A DNA stretch of 64,000 bases. It comes from Candidatus Caldarchaeales archaeon. Its GTDB lineage: Archaea > Thermoproteota > Nitrososphaeria_A > Caldarchaeales > Wolframiiraptoraceae. The DNA lies in contig JBCNVN010000002.1 of NCBI GenBank assembly GCA_039630055.1, forward strand, positions 64,001 to 128,000, in the 5' to 3' direction. Position 1 is the stretch's first letter, and the number at the start of each line of letters is the position of its first letter. Made by a program: the position numbers and the translations under genes. Below, one piece after another: positions 39,218 through 48,897 of the stretch. The notes beneath the pieces are model-generated. The model was not told the origin of the DNA, searched no databases, and saw nothing but the letters and a program-made list of their open reading frames with translations.

Positions 39218-40093
39218 ACGAAGATAGTAGCAGGCCCAGCATCTACAGAGATTGCTTCCAAGATCTCGAAGACAATGAATAAAAATCTAATCAATATCGA
39301 TTATAAGCTCTTCCCTGATTCAGAAAACTATGTGAGAATACTTGAAGACGTTGAGGGAGAAGATGTAGTGTTAGTCCAAGGGATGCATCCACCGCAAGAC
39401 AGACATATAGTTCAGATATGCCTGATAGTAGATTTATTACTAGACTTAGGAGCTAGGTCTGTTAAGCTTGTCTCACCCTACTTAGCATATACTAGACAAG
39501 ATAAGAGATTTCTAAATGGAGAAGCTATAAGCTTTAGAACGATATTGAAGATGTTACGTGACATCGGTTTGGAAAAGATCTATACAGTTAACATACATTG
39601 CCCTTGGATTATTCCCGAATCACCCATACCAATAATAGATCTTAGGGGAGAGATACCTCTAGCTATGCATATTAAGAAAGATAGACTTGATAATCCTGTT
39701 GTAGTCTCTGTGGGGAAGAGGGGGCTAGAGATGGCAAGGATGGTTGCAGAAGCTCTCGGAGTAAATTATACCTCTGCCATCTCTGAGAGAGATAGACTCA
39801 CAGGCAATGTTAGGGTAGAGCTCGATGGACTTCCAGGAAAGGAAGCAATAATAGTGGATGATATAATCAGTACTGGAGGAACAATGATCCAGCTGGTAAA
39901 GATCTTAAGAGAGAGGGGATTTAGAAAGATCTATGCAACGTGTATTCATGCACTACTCGTTGGAGATGCAGCAGAAAGAATATTCAACGCAGGAGCGGAG
40001 AGGATAATCTCGTCAGATACTATTCCAAACAAGTATGCAGATTTTAGTGTCGCCGAACTGATAGCGGAAGCATTGAAGAAAGATAATGAATAG
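39218..40093 (+). CDS. prs: Ribose-phosphate pyrophosphokinase (apparent ACG start)
   Basis: KIVAGPAS, FPD.E..VR, PYLAY.RQD, VDDIISTGGT, H.L; the conserved N-terminus lies upstream of the first ATG (39275). Confidence 0.9.
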   Translation, partial: TKIVAGPASTEIASKISKTMNKNLINIDYKLFPDSENYVRILEDVEGEDVVLVQGMHPPQDRHIVQICLIVDLLLDLGARSVKLVSPYLAYTRQDKRFLNGEAISFRTILKMLRDIGLEKIYTVNIHCPWIIPESPIPIIDLRGEIPLAMHIKKDRLDNPVVVSVGKRGLEMARMVAEALGVNYTSAISERDRLTGNVRVELDGLPGKEAIIVDDIISTGGTMIQLVKILRERGFRKIYATCIHALLVGDAAERIFNAGAERIISSDTIPNKYADFSVAELIAEALKKDNE

Positions 40094-41117
40094 GAGATTC
40101 TTCTTTCTATTATCAGGGTTTCATGAAGAACTGCCATTCGCTGAGTTACGTGCAACGTTCGATCTCCTTGACCCCGAATATAGAATAGTTGAGAGTAATG
40201 GTAGGGTTGTCATCGTAGAAACATCGTATAAGGTTGCTAACAAGATAGTTGAGAGAACAGCTTATACCAAATTATCCGCCATACTTCTCTCTGAAACATC
40301 TACAGATGAAAAAGAGATTACCTCATCATTCGATACCTCAGTTCTTAGAAATTTTCTGTCTCCAGACTCGAGAATAGCTGTTAGAGGTTTCTCATATGGA
40401 GGCGCGTCGATAGATAAAAACTATTTGGAAAAGAAGCTGGGGAGTAAGATAGTTGAGGAGATACCGTTCTTAAGAGTTGATTTGATGAACCCGGAATATA
40501 TAATAGTCTTCATAGCTTCTCCTGAAAGAACCTATCTGGGAATTCTGGTAAATGTCAAGCCTAAGAAGTTCTTCTATCCTAGAGCAGCTGGTAGAAGACC
40601 TTTCTCCATCCCTCCAGCTATGCAGCCTGACCTTTCTAGATGTCTAATAAACTTGAGTAGGACTAGGTTGGGTGGAAGGATTCTTGACTCTTTCGCCGGG
40701 ACAGGCGGGATAATGATCGAGGGGATATTGCTCGGATATGAAGTATACGGTGTCGAGTTGAAGAAGTGGATAGCTAAAGGAGCCTTGAAGAATCTTAAGC
40801 ATTTCACACCATCACTAGAGAATATTATTGTAGGAGATGCTAGAAACCTGATGTTTAGAAGATGTTTTGATAGTATAGTTACAGATCCACCGTATGGAAG
40901 GTCTACAACCATTCCAGACAGATCTCTAATCAACCTCATTACTATCTTCTTCCAAAAATGTGGAGAATACTTGAAAGAGGGAGGATGCATAACCATCGTA
41001 TCACCCGAAGGTATCCATATCGAAGATGTAGCCTCTTCAGCTGGATATTCTCTGAGAGAAGCATATAGGATAAGAGTACATAAAAACTTGACTAGGAGAA
41101 TTACAATATTTTCTTAA
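40086..41117 (+). CDS. tRNA (G10) N2-methyltransferase (THUMP plus MTase; TrmG10/Trm11-like)
   Basis: LSG.H..LP.AE, RPF..P, LDSFAGTGG..IE, TDPPYG, VHK.LTR. Confidence 0.9.
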   Translation: MNRRFFFLLSGFHEELPFAELRATFDLLDPEYRIVESNGRVVIVETSYKVANKIVERTAYTKLSAILLSETSTDEKEITSSFDTSVLRNFLSPDSRIAVRGFSYGGASIDKNYLEKKLGSKIVEEIPFLRVDLMNPEYIIVFIASPERTYLGILVNVKPKKFFYPRAAGRRPFSIPPAMQPDLSRCLINLSRTRLGGRILDSFAGTGGIMIEGILLGYEVYGVELKKWIAKGALKNLKHFTPSLENIIVGDARNLMFRRCFDSIVTDPPYGRSTTIPDRSLINLITIFFQKCGEYLKEGGCITIVSPEGIHIEDVASSAGYSLREAYRIRVHKNLTRRITIFS

Positions 41118-41438
41118 CATATCATGATAAGCTACTGTACACATAAGATTGTTATTTAAAGATTAGACAGCCTCTATTCTCTTTTTGCGATACTTCCAAC
41201 TTAAAGTTTAGATTGTTTGATACTTTATTCGGGATCATATCTAGGGTATAATAGATAATTCGGGATATCTCAGGCTAAAGCATGTAGCAGAAGCTTATTT
41301 TAACATTACTTCTTCATCTTTAAACATTTTCTTACGTTTTCTCCTTACTCTAGGACTTAAACCTACGTGATCTAGATGGCTCATTATTTTTATTACCGAC
41401 ATATATATATCACTAGATTCTAGGTCATGTGAGGCAAT

Positions 41439-42434
41439 ATGAAAGATTTGAGAATAGGGAAAAAAGTGGAGATCAGGACTTATAGCATCTTCGTAGTGCT
41501 ATGTCTTATCTTAAGTTTTGTCTCTTTTAATGATACTGCGGCTAGTGATAATTTTCCACTAATCTCATTGGATAACAGAACAAGAGACCCTCCTCAATAT
41601 ATAGTAAGAATAGAACAAGGCGTTGAACCAGAGCAATTCCAACAAGGATGCATTACATGTAGCTATGTGGGAGGATATGAGGACAATCCCTACGATGGCC
41701 GTAAAGCTGACGCACTTCGTGCAATATTTTCTTTCCCTAACACAGACCACTCAGCGATCCCTAACGGACAATATCTGAAGGGATGGGTTGAGTCAACAGT
41801 ATTTACTAACCTCAATAGTCTAGATTATGGTTACCGAGTAGGAGTAGAGCTTAACAGAAATGAAATGATAGTCTGGGCTGAAGTCTGGAAATTTTGTGAG
41901 GGACTGCCTGGTACTCAGTGTGGTGGCACTTCAGCCAAGCTATTGTTAGGCATCGGTCGAGTAATAAGGGCATCTCCTTCCGATAAAATCGAAGTGAAGA
42001 TGCAATGGGATAGCGCAGATGTAGTTGGCTTCTATTACAGGATCAACGGAGGCTCCTATGTTAGATTTGCAGAGTATCGCAGACCCCCTGAAGCTCAAAG
42101 CAAGTTTAATCTAGGCACGAAATGGAACTTCAATATAAGGATGTCTAAATACTTCCAGTTCTCGCTAGAAAGTCCTAGTAACATAAATACAGGAGGATGG
42201 AATATGTTGATAGAATACCCTTACTATTTGAACTCGGGAACATGGAGTTTAGTTAGCAAAGCGCGGGCTGTACATGGAGGAAGCTCATGGCTCGATGCCG
42301 TTTGGAGATGGGGATGTGATAATTACATTCGCGTCAATGCTCAGTACGCTAAGAACTCTAATATCGGGAAATACAAGATTAAGTTCTTCTATACTACTAC
42401 GACGTTGCCGGATAACACTCTACTTTGGGACTAG
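41439..42434 (+). CDS. Hypothetical secreted beta-rich protein
   Basis: Basic N-terminus, hydrophobic signal-like segment and TAAS cleavage-like site; rich in Trp/Tyr/Gly/Asn; several Cys. Confidence 0.8.
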   Translation: MKDLRIGKKVEIRTYSIFVVLCLILSFVSFNDTAASDNFPLISLDNRTRDPPQYIVRIEQGVEPEQFQQGCITCSYVGGYEDNPYDGRKADALRAIFSFPNTDHSAIPNGQYLKGWVESTVFTNLNSLDYGYRVGVELNRNEMIVWAEVWKFCEGLPGTQCGGTSAKLLLGIGRVIRASPSDKIEVKMQWDSADVVGFYYRINGGSYVRFAEYRRPPEAQSKFNLGTKWNFNIRMSKYFQFSLESPSNINTGGWNMLIEYPYYLNSGTWSLVSKARAVHGGSSWLDAVWRWGCDNYIRVNAQYAKNSNIGKYKIKFFYTTTTLPDNTLLWD

Positions 42435-42453
42435 ATGCTAGGGTTGATCTCAG

Positions 42454-43023
42454 ATGCGTCTCACGTTAGCAGCCATAGTTTACGGGATGGTTGCTTTTGC
42501 AAATGTATTGTGGATTTCTACTAGGTGGATAGCTGGGATCTTAAATGATTGGGATATTATCTTTGGTCTCCTCGGGGTTCTATGGGTAATGGCTACTGTA
42601 ATGGAGGTTGTGTCCGAAGAGGTCCAGCACCCCATCGTAGCAGCAGTATCTCTCTTCAAGCTCTGGGCTATCTCTATAACGTTGTTCCATGAGCTTGACC
42701 TTACCGGATTCGGTACATATATGCCTATTAGACTACCCCCCAGCTTCTATGCCTATTACGGTCTTTTAGTCATAGCTTCTTATACAGCCTATAGAAAAGG
42801 TACAAGGCTCTCTCTTAACAATAAAATTCTTACAAAGCTGACCGTAGCCATATCCCTTATACTCTGGACTTTACACATATTCTTAGTGACTGTTATACCT
42901 ATTCTTCATGGATATCAGCCTCCATTATGGATTCCAATATTTGGAGGGATTTTATCCATCATAGCCATCTGGCTAATAATTACAACAAAACCTCTATTCT
43001 CTAAACTGAAAGCTATTACATAG
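42454..43023 (+). CDS. Hypothetical multi-pass membrane protein
   Basis: About 6 hydrophobic helices; starts 19 nt after the secreted-protein gene. Confidence 0.8.
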   Translation: MRLTLAAIVYGMVAFANVLWISTRWIAGILNDWDIIFGLLGVLWVMATVMEVVSEEVQHPIVAAVSLFKLWAISITLFHELDLTGFGTYMPIRLPPSFYAYYGLLVIASYTAYRKGTRLSLNNKILTKLTVAISLILWTLHIFLVTVIPILHGYQPPLWIPIFGGILSIIAIWLIITTKPLFSKLKAIT

Positions 43024-43176
43024 ATGGGTCTAAGTTGTACGTAGATGTCTACTTGAACCTAGAGAATTCATGAACATATGATACTTCAAATAATTTTCCC
43101 ATGATTCGATGAGTTCGTTAGGTCTTTAATGTTTTTAACATTTATAGAACCCTAATTAGGGAGATCATAGTATTCG

Positions 43177-44097
43177 ATGAGCACATTAAAGTTAACATTT
43201 CTAGGAACCGGCGGTGGAACTCCAAGTATAAGTAGAGGTCTACCATCTATATCGATAAACTTTTCAGGCGAGCTCATACTATTAGATTGTGGAGAATCTA
43301 CACAGAGGCAGATGATGAAGGCGGGTGTAGGCTTCAAGAGCAAATTCACAATATTTTTAACACATCTACATGGAGACCATGTTCTCGGTTTACCTGGATT
43401 GCTCTATACATTATCCATGCTCGATAGAAGTGATCCAATAATCATCTATGGACCTAAGGGTATAGAAGAATTCGTGGAAATGTTTAAGATAACTAGATAT
43501 GGAAAGATAAAGTTTGAGGTTGAAGTAAGAAGAGTAAGAGAAGGAATAATCCATGAATCGAAAGATTATGTAGTGGAGGCTATCAAATCTAATCACACTC
43601 TCGAGTCTTTCTGTTATATGTTCAGAGAGAAAGATAGAGTAGGAAAGGTGAATGTAGAGTATCTTGAGAGCATAGGGTTACCACGTGGTCCACTATGGGG
43701 CAAACTCCAGAAAGGTGAGAAAGTAGAATGGATGGGTAGAGAGATAAAGCCCCAAGAAGCAGTTGGACCTCCTAGACCTGGTAGAAAGATAGTTTATACA
43801 GGAGACACTGTCCCAGAAGATAGGATAGTAGACTTTGCAAGAGGTGCTGACGTCTTGATACATGATTCAACATTTGATTCAAGTTTTGAGAAAGAGGCAG
43901 CTGAGCAAGGTCATTCAACTTCTGTTCAAGCTGCTGAGATCGCTAGGAGAGCTGGAGTTAAACGACTCTATCTATTCCATATAAGTCCGAGATATGAAAG
44001 AAACCCTGATAAACTATTACGTGAAGCAATCAAGATCTTTCCTGAAACATATCTTGCAGAAGATCTCTTAAGCTACCTTGTCCCATATTCCTTATAG
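43177..44097 (+). CDS. rnz: Ribonuclease Z
   Basis: FLGT...P, DCGE, THLHGDH, GP exosite, YTGDT, HST, HISPRY. Confidence 0.97.
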   Translation: MSTLKLTFLGTGGGTPSISRGLPSISINFSGELILLDCGESTQRQMMKAGVGFKSKFTIFLTHLHGDHVLGLPGLLYTLSMLDRSDPIIIYGPKGIEEFVEMFKITRYGKIKFEVEVRRVREGIIHESKDYVVEAIKSNHTLESFCYMFREKDRVGKVNVEYLESIGLPRGPLWGKLQKGEKVEWMGREIKPQEAVGPPRPGRKIVYTGDTVPEDRIVDFARGADVLIHDSTFDSSFEKEAAEQGHSTSVQAAEIARRAGVKRLYLFHISPRYERNPDKLLREAIKIFPETYLAEDLLSYLVPYSL

Positions 44098-44120
44098 TTC
44101 ACATAATATTCTCTGTAGTT

Positions 44121-44507
44121 CTACTCTGTTAGCCACTCGATTATTTTATCTAGATCTTCAGCTTCAACCTCAACTTTTATTGGTGGTAAAGGAGATTCAA
44201 TAAATGGTTCAGTAAAAGATGCTTGACCTGCGAATGCCGCTTGCTTATTCATGTAGAAGATGATCCTCCCATTCACGATAGATTGTTTAAGAATACTTTT
44301 CGCAGCAGCTCTTATCTTCCTCATCCTCAACATATTCTTCAGGTTTTCAAGAATAGATAAGTCATCACCTTCTCCGAGTACTATCTCCATATCGCCTAAA
44401 GCCTCGATTCTCAAACTGAGAGATGGAAATAGATTCTTAACCGCTATAATCACCCTATCTCTACTTTCAGTTGGATAGACCTCAGCCTCTACTCTAATCT
44501 TCAACAA
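44121..44507 (-). CDS. DUF54/COG1931 predicted RNA-binding protein
   Basis: V.PTE...V..A..N.FP, NKQAA..G, SPL.PI. Confidence 0.88.
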   Translation of the reverse strand: MLKIRVEAEVYPTESRDRVIIAVKNLFPSLSLRIEALGDMEIVLGEGDDLSILENLKNMLRMRKIRAAAKSILKQSIVNGRIIFYMNKQAAFAGQASFTEPFIESPLPPIKVEVEAEDLDKIIEWLTE

Positions 44508-45102
44508 GATTACCTCCAGATCTCAAAGATCTCTCCAAACCTCAAAACATTCCATCTCGTTAAAAAATGAAAAGTATTATAAAAATCGTTTCTTGGAGAC
44601 CAATACTTTATCTTGAGACCCTGATATTTGTCCAGGTGCATATACTCTCATCCAGTCTCAATATCTCATAATAAATGGTTAACTCTACAGTCTTAAGAGA
44701 TTATTGAAATAATGAATTTTGAAAGTTATTCTATATATTCTATCTAGCTTTCTGCCTCCCGCCGATCTTTAGAATTATCACTGAATCGATACTCTACTTT
44801 CCAGTATACTCTATCCTTGGTTCAATAATTGCTCCAATCATTCTTCCTTATCATCCTGATCCTTCACTAGGGTTAAAAAATTCCAGGTATATCTACAATT
44901 ATATTTCTAGAGTTATTAAGAGGCTTCCTTTACACCATAGTTTTAAAATAGATAATAATTTTGTTAGAACCGGGTGATAAGTCTCTACAGATTTTTTTGA
45001 CAACCTTACAATATTTTCTATGAGACTTCTCAAACTCGATACGTGTATCAACCGTGTTAAATAGATTTTCGATGATTTTTTTCCACTAATACCTTATGAA
45101 AA

Positions 45103-45189
45103 GCTACTTTAAAGATTAAGAAAGGCGAATCTGTATCTATAGTCAGGTCCTCAGACAACAGTAGATCAGCCCACTTATTAAACTCGTAA
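45103..45189 (+). pseudogene. Decayed fragment of an ABC ATPase N-terminus
   Basis: Reads ATLKIKKGESVSIVRSSDNSRSAHLLN*, matching 'L.I.kGE.v.ivGpSGsGKSTLLn' with the Walker A glycines mutated; bounded by stops. Confidence 0.55.
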
Positions 45190-45436
45190 AGATAATTATG
45201 TAGAGACTTGTTTACTATGTCCATTCGGAGAGGATGTGAGAGATTGTTGGCATCAAGTATTATATCTTCTAATCACCTGGATGTAATACTCGGTTTTTCA
45301 TACCTGGAAATTTTCATGTGCACAGAGTTTTAGAAAAAATATGATATTATCTCGTAAAAAAATTGATCTCTAAGCTTATAGCTCATCCATAAACATAAAG
45401 TATATAGATCTCTTAGAGGAGGTTGAGGATACCAAG

Positions 45437-45450
45437 GAAAAACTTAAAAA
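45437..45450 (+). promoter_or_regulatory. BRE/TATA promoter of the C/D sRNA
   Basis: GAAAAACTTAAAAA about 25 nt upstream of box C, with no downstream plus-strand ORF. Confidence 0.55.
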
Positions 45451-45473
45451 TCGTAAACCATTCATCTAATATT

Positions 45474-45535
45474 AGGATGATGTATCTGACCAGGCTGACC
45501 TATACGGGATGATCGGGATCTTGAGCGCTGATCAA
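45474..45535 (+). ncRNA. Box C/D guide sRNA, predicted to target tRNAs
   Basis: C ATGATGT (45477), 11-nt guide, D' CTGA (45495), CC-TATAC-GG K-loop, C' ATGAT (45509), guide, D CTGA (45528). Confidence 0.85.
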
Positions 45536-45737
45536 AACAATTGATTGAGATCATCTTCTATCATCTCTCTTCATCTCAATTCTCATGTATCCAATGTTTG
45601 GAAGACATTCTAAACCACCAGATTAATCTTCCACTATAGCTCTTAAACATGTGAAAAATCAGAGAATAATTAGAGATGATATAATCATCTGCATAGAATC
45701 TCTTAACGAGGTCGAAGAGAATATAAGGGGATTATTA

Positions 45738-46022
45738 TCATATCTGGATCCCTTGTAGGAGATTGTATGAGATTATCCATGTTATCAGCCAGAGGGCTCC
45801 ATATGTTCCAGAACCTGTAAGATATAGTTTTCTCCCTAAAGATTTTCTAGATTCTTCTCTGATCAGAATTCTTAGAATAACCGATGAGATTACGTAGACC
45901 GTTATCGCCGTGAATATGGCGATTAATGTGCTAAGTCTATCTATTCTGAGGATAGATGTTAGGAGCCCCAGTAGACATCCACCAACCGCTCTACCCCAAT
46001 AGATCTTATCTTCAAGCTTCAA
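45738..46022 (-). CDS. EMC6/Rab5-interacting-like small membrane protein
   Basis: Three TM helices, YW.R...G...G N-terminus, G...Y...W...W...YNL C-terminus. Confidence 0.7.
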   Translation of the reverse strand: MKLEDKIYWGRAVGGCLLGLLTSILRIDRLSTLIAIFTAITVYVISSVILRILIREESRKSLGRKLYLTGSGTYGALWLITWIISYNLLQGIQI

Positions 46023-46180
46023 CTCAGCATCATTTAAAGAATAAGGGTCAAGCCTTATTTAAGCTACTCGACTAGTGAAAAAATAAAATTTGAGCGATCT
46101 CTTAAAGGAAAATGAAAGATTTAATATTGTTGAAGAACATGTTCTTTGTAGGGTTGGACTCTTAATCCACTAACATATCG

Positions 46181-48112
46181 ATGGTGATCGAGGTGGAGCT
46201 ATCCTACATCGAACTTAAAAGATTGGTTGAAGAAGTTAAAGAAAGAATAGTAGACTCTAGGATTGAGAATGTTTACAATATGGAAGACGGCTCATTGATT
46301 CTAAAGCTCTGGAAGAGTGGTGAGAGATACGAGTTGAGAATAGTTCCAGGCAGATGCTTCTATCTAGTTAAAGGAGAATATAAGAAGCCTCAAACCCCTA
46401 TCGAGCAAGTATTAAGATTTAGAAGAGTTTTGAATGGTTCGTCTATCAGAGAGCTTAGATTAATCGAGGGGGAGAGGATACTGGTATTTAATATTAAGAA
46501 AAATATAGGTGTGGAATACTTACTCGTATCGGAGCTTCTACCTAGAGGGACTATAATCCTTCTAGACAGCAATAGAAAGATAGTTGAAACTTTAGAGAAG
46601 CTTAAGATGCGTGACCGCAGAGTAGTTCCAGGGGAAGAGTATAAGCTTCCACCTAGCAGAAAGTCTATCTCAGACATCTCGGATATTGATAAATTCTTGG
46701 ATTCTGTTGATAAGGATAGGAAGGTTGTTGTAGGACTAGCGATCGATGCTGGATTCGGAAGAAAGTATGCTGAAGAAATAGTCTCTATAGCCCAGGTCGA
46801 GAAAAATAGAAAGTTCTCAGATCTCTCGTCAATCGAGCTCGAGAAGATCAAAGATGCGATCATCAGAGTACAAGAGTATGTTAAGATAGGAAAACCAGTT
46901 GTCTTGGAATATGAAGATGGAAATGTTGAACCGTTACCATATCTTCTTGAATCTATTAAGAGGACAGGTGCAAGGATTAGAGAGATGATAGAATTCAATG
47001 AGGCTGTAAGACTATCATATGAGGCTAGTTTATTGCGGCAAATGCGTCGGGAGAGACTGGAAAAGGTCCAGCGAAGATTAGAGGAGCTTAATAAGGAGCT
47101 TGAAAATAAAAATAAAACCATTCAGAACCTTATCCAGATATCAGGTAAGAAGAAAGAATTGGCTAGATTGATATTAGCTCATGCTAATGAGATAGAAGAA
47201 TTAAAGAACTCGGATCTTAGTCAAGAAAAGATTCTAGAAAACTTAACGATTAGAGTCGACAAATCTTCTAAAAAGATCTTGGTAGATTCTCCTATGGGAA
47301 GTATGAGTTTAAGACTTGACAAATCTATCGCAAGCCAAGCATCTGAGATGTTCGAAGAAGTTAAGAGTACAGAAAGTGCAATAAAGAGGTTACAGAGAGA
47401 AATATCAGATTTGGAAGATGAGATTAAGAAGGTTTCAGAGGAAGGTGTACCAGAGATGTATGGTGAGCTTCAGAGTATTACTCCTAAAATTATCGAAGAT
47501 AGGAGGTCCTGGTATGAGAAGTATAGATGGTTCTATACATCGGAGGGTTTTCTAGCCGTAGCTGGGAAAGATGCCTCGAGCAACCATGCTCTGATAAAGA
47601 AGCATCTAGAAAAGAACGACCTAGTATTCCATGCAGAAGTTAAAGGCGCACCTATCCTTATCTTGAAAGATGGAGTAAGGTCTAATGAGCCTTCTAGAAT
47701 CGAGGCAGCACAGTTTGCAGCATGTTATAGTAAAGCATGGAAGGAAGGGCTACAATATGTTTCCACATATTATGTTAAACCTGATCAGATATCCCTTACC
47801 CCTCCACCTGGCCATTACATCCCTAAGGGCGGGATCATAATAAAAGGTGAGAGAAAATATCTAACTGTTAATCTTGCGCTTGGAGTCGGTGTAAGTGATG
47901 ACAAATTATTGTGGGGGCCATTCCAAACATTTTCAGGAAGAGTAGATAAGATTGTTAAGATAATCCCGGGGAAGAAGAATGCGAGAATAATTGCTGAAGA
48001 GATAGTGGACTATTTATTTAAAGAAATTGATAAAAACAAGAAGATTGAACTGGTTGAGAAGATAGTCCAGGTGATACCGTACGGGATGGGAGAGATCTCT
48101 CACTATAAGTAG
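46181..48112 (+). CDS. rqcH: Ribosome quality-control NFACT protein (RqcH/Rqc2)
   Basis: NFACT-N (ERIL, EL...G.IIL.D), HhH, coiled coil, WYEKYRWF.TS.G.L..AGKDA..N. Confidence 0.93.
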   Translation: MVIEVELSYIELKRLVEEVKERIVDSRIENVYNMEDGSLILKLWKSGERYELRIVPGRCFYLVKGEYKKPQTPIEQVLRFRRVLNGSSIRELRLIEGERILVFNIKKNIGVEYLLVSELLPRGTIILLDSNRKIVETLEKLKMRDRRVVPGEEYKLPPSRKSISDISDIDKFLDSVDKDRKVVVGLAIDAGFGRKYAEEIVSIAQVEKNRKFSDLSSIELEKIKDAIIRVQEYVKIGKPVVLEYEDGNVEPLPYLLESIKRTGARIREMIEFNEAVRLSYEASLLRQMRRERLEKVQRRLEELNKELENKNKTIQNLIQISGKKKELARLILAHANEIEELKNSDLSQEKILENLTIRVDKSSKKILVDSPMGSMSLRLDKSIASQASEMFEEVKSTESAIKRLQREISDLEDEIKKVSEEGVPEMYGELQSITPKIIEDRRSWYEKYRWFYTSEGFLAVAGKDASSNHALIKKHLEKNDLVFHAEVKGAPILILKDGVRSNEPSRIEAAQFAACYSKAWKEGLQYVSTYYVKPDQISLTPPPGHYIPKGGIIIKGERKYLTVNLALGVGVSDDKLLWGPFQTFSGRVDKIVKIIPGKKNARIIAEEIVDYLFKEIDKNKKIELVEKIVQVIPYGMGEISHYK

Positions 48113-48315
48113 AGTGAGCTTATGTATAGATTAAGTCAATAGTATTCAGGTAGTCTGAATCGATTCTACTATAAGACTTCCTCAGAAAATATTATAATAT
48201 TAACGTATTAGCATATAATAAATCTTCTTGGGTTAAATCCCTCCAGTAACCATATTAAGTATGGGTTAAACTTTTAAACCCCAATGCTAATATTAACAAT
48301 GTACTCAAGGGTTAG

Positions 48316-48897
48316 ATGAAGTTGACCACATTAGCCGATGAGCTAAGGGTTAGAGATGTCATGTCAAGTCCTGTGATAGAAGGTAGTGAGGATGATACGG
48401 CTGAACAGATCGCTCATAAGATGGAGAAATACAATGTAGGATCGGTTGTCATCACTAGAAACGGTGAACCTATCGGCATTGTTACAAAAACCGACTTGGT
48501 GTTTAAGGTTGTCTCAAAAAATCTTAAACCCTCTGAGGTGAAGACAAGAGATATTATGTCCAGCCCGATCTACTCAATCGAGCCAGAAACATTGATAGAA
48601 GAAGCATTAAGGAGGATGAATATACTAAAGGTTAGTAGGCTTGTAGTAACCTATAAGAATAAATTGGCCGGTATAGTAAGCATTAAGGATATACTCCAAG
48701 TAACCCCGGAGATACTCGAGATCGTTAGAGAAAATATGAGGATAAGAGGTGTTACTCTATCTACTAGTAGAGAAGGATATGTTGAAGGATACTGTGATGA
48801 ATGTGGAGAGTGGTCTGACATGCTATTGAATGTTGATGGAAGATACATATGCGAAGAATGCAGATTAGAATTGTCTAAAAGAAGAGTTGAAGAATGA
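48316..48897 (+). CDS. CBS-pair protein with C-terminal zinc ribbon
   Basis: Two CBS repeats (VRDVMSSP, GIVT..D), G.CDECG...CEEC. Confidence 0.9.
   Translation: MKLTTLADELRVRDVMSSPVIEGSEDDTAEQIAHKMEKYNVGSVVITRNGEPIGIVTKTDLVFKVVSKNLKPSEVKTRDIMSSPIYSIEPETLIEEALRRMNILKVSRLVVTYKNKLAGIVSIKDILQVTPEILEIVRENMRIRGVTLSTSREGYVEGYCDECGEWSDMLLNVDGRYICEECRLELSKRRVEE

Noticed and set aside
46390-47121. Long antisense ORFs (243 aa here; also 15064, 28542, 40574, 54175 and others)
   Set aside because: Shadow frames of well-supported genes, rich in Ser/Leu/Ile/Phe and without motifs.
48230-48244. GGGTTAAATCCCTCC resembles the tRNA-Met T arm (GGGTTCAAATCCCTCC), a possible att site
   Set aside because: Short imperfect match; the 34 kb in between is housekeeping DNA with no integrase.
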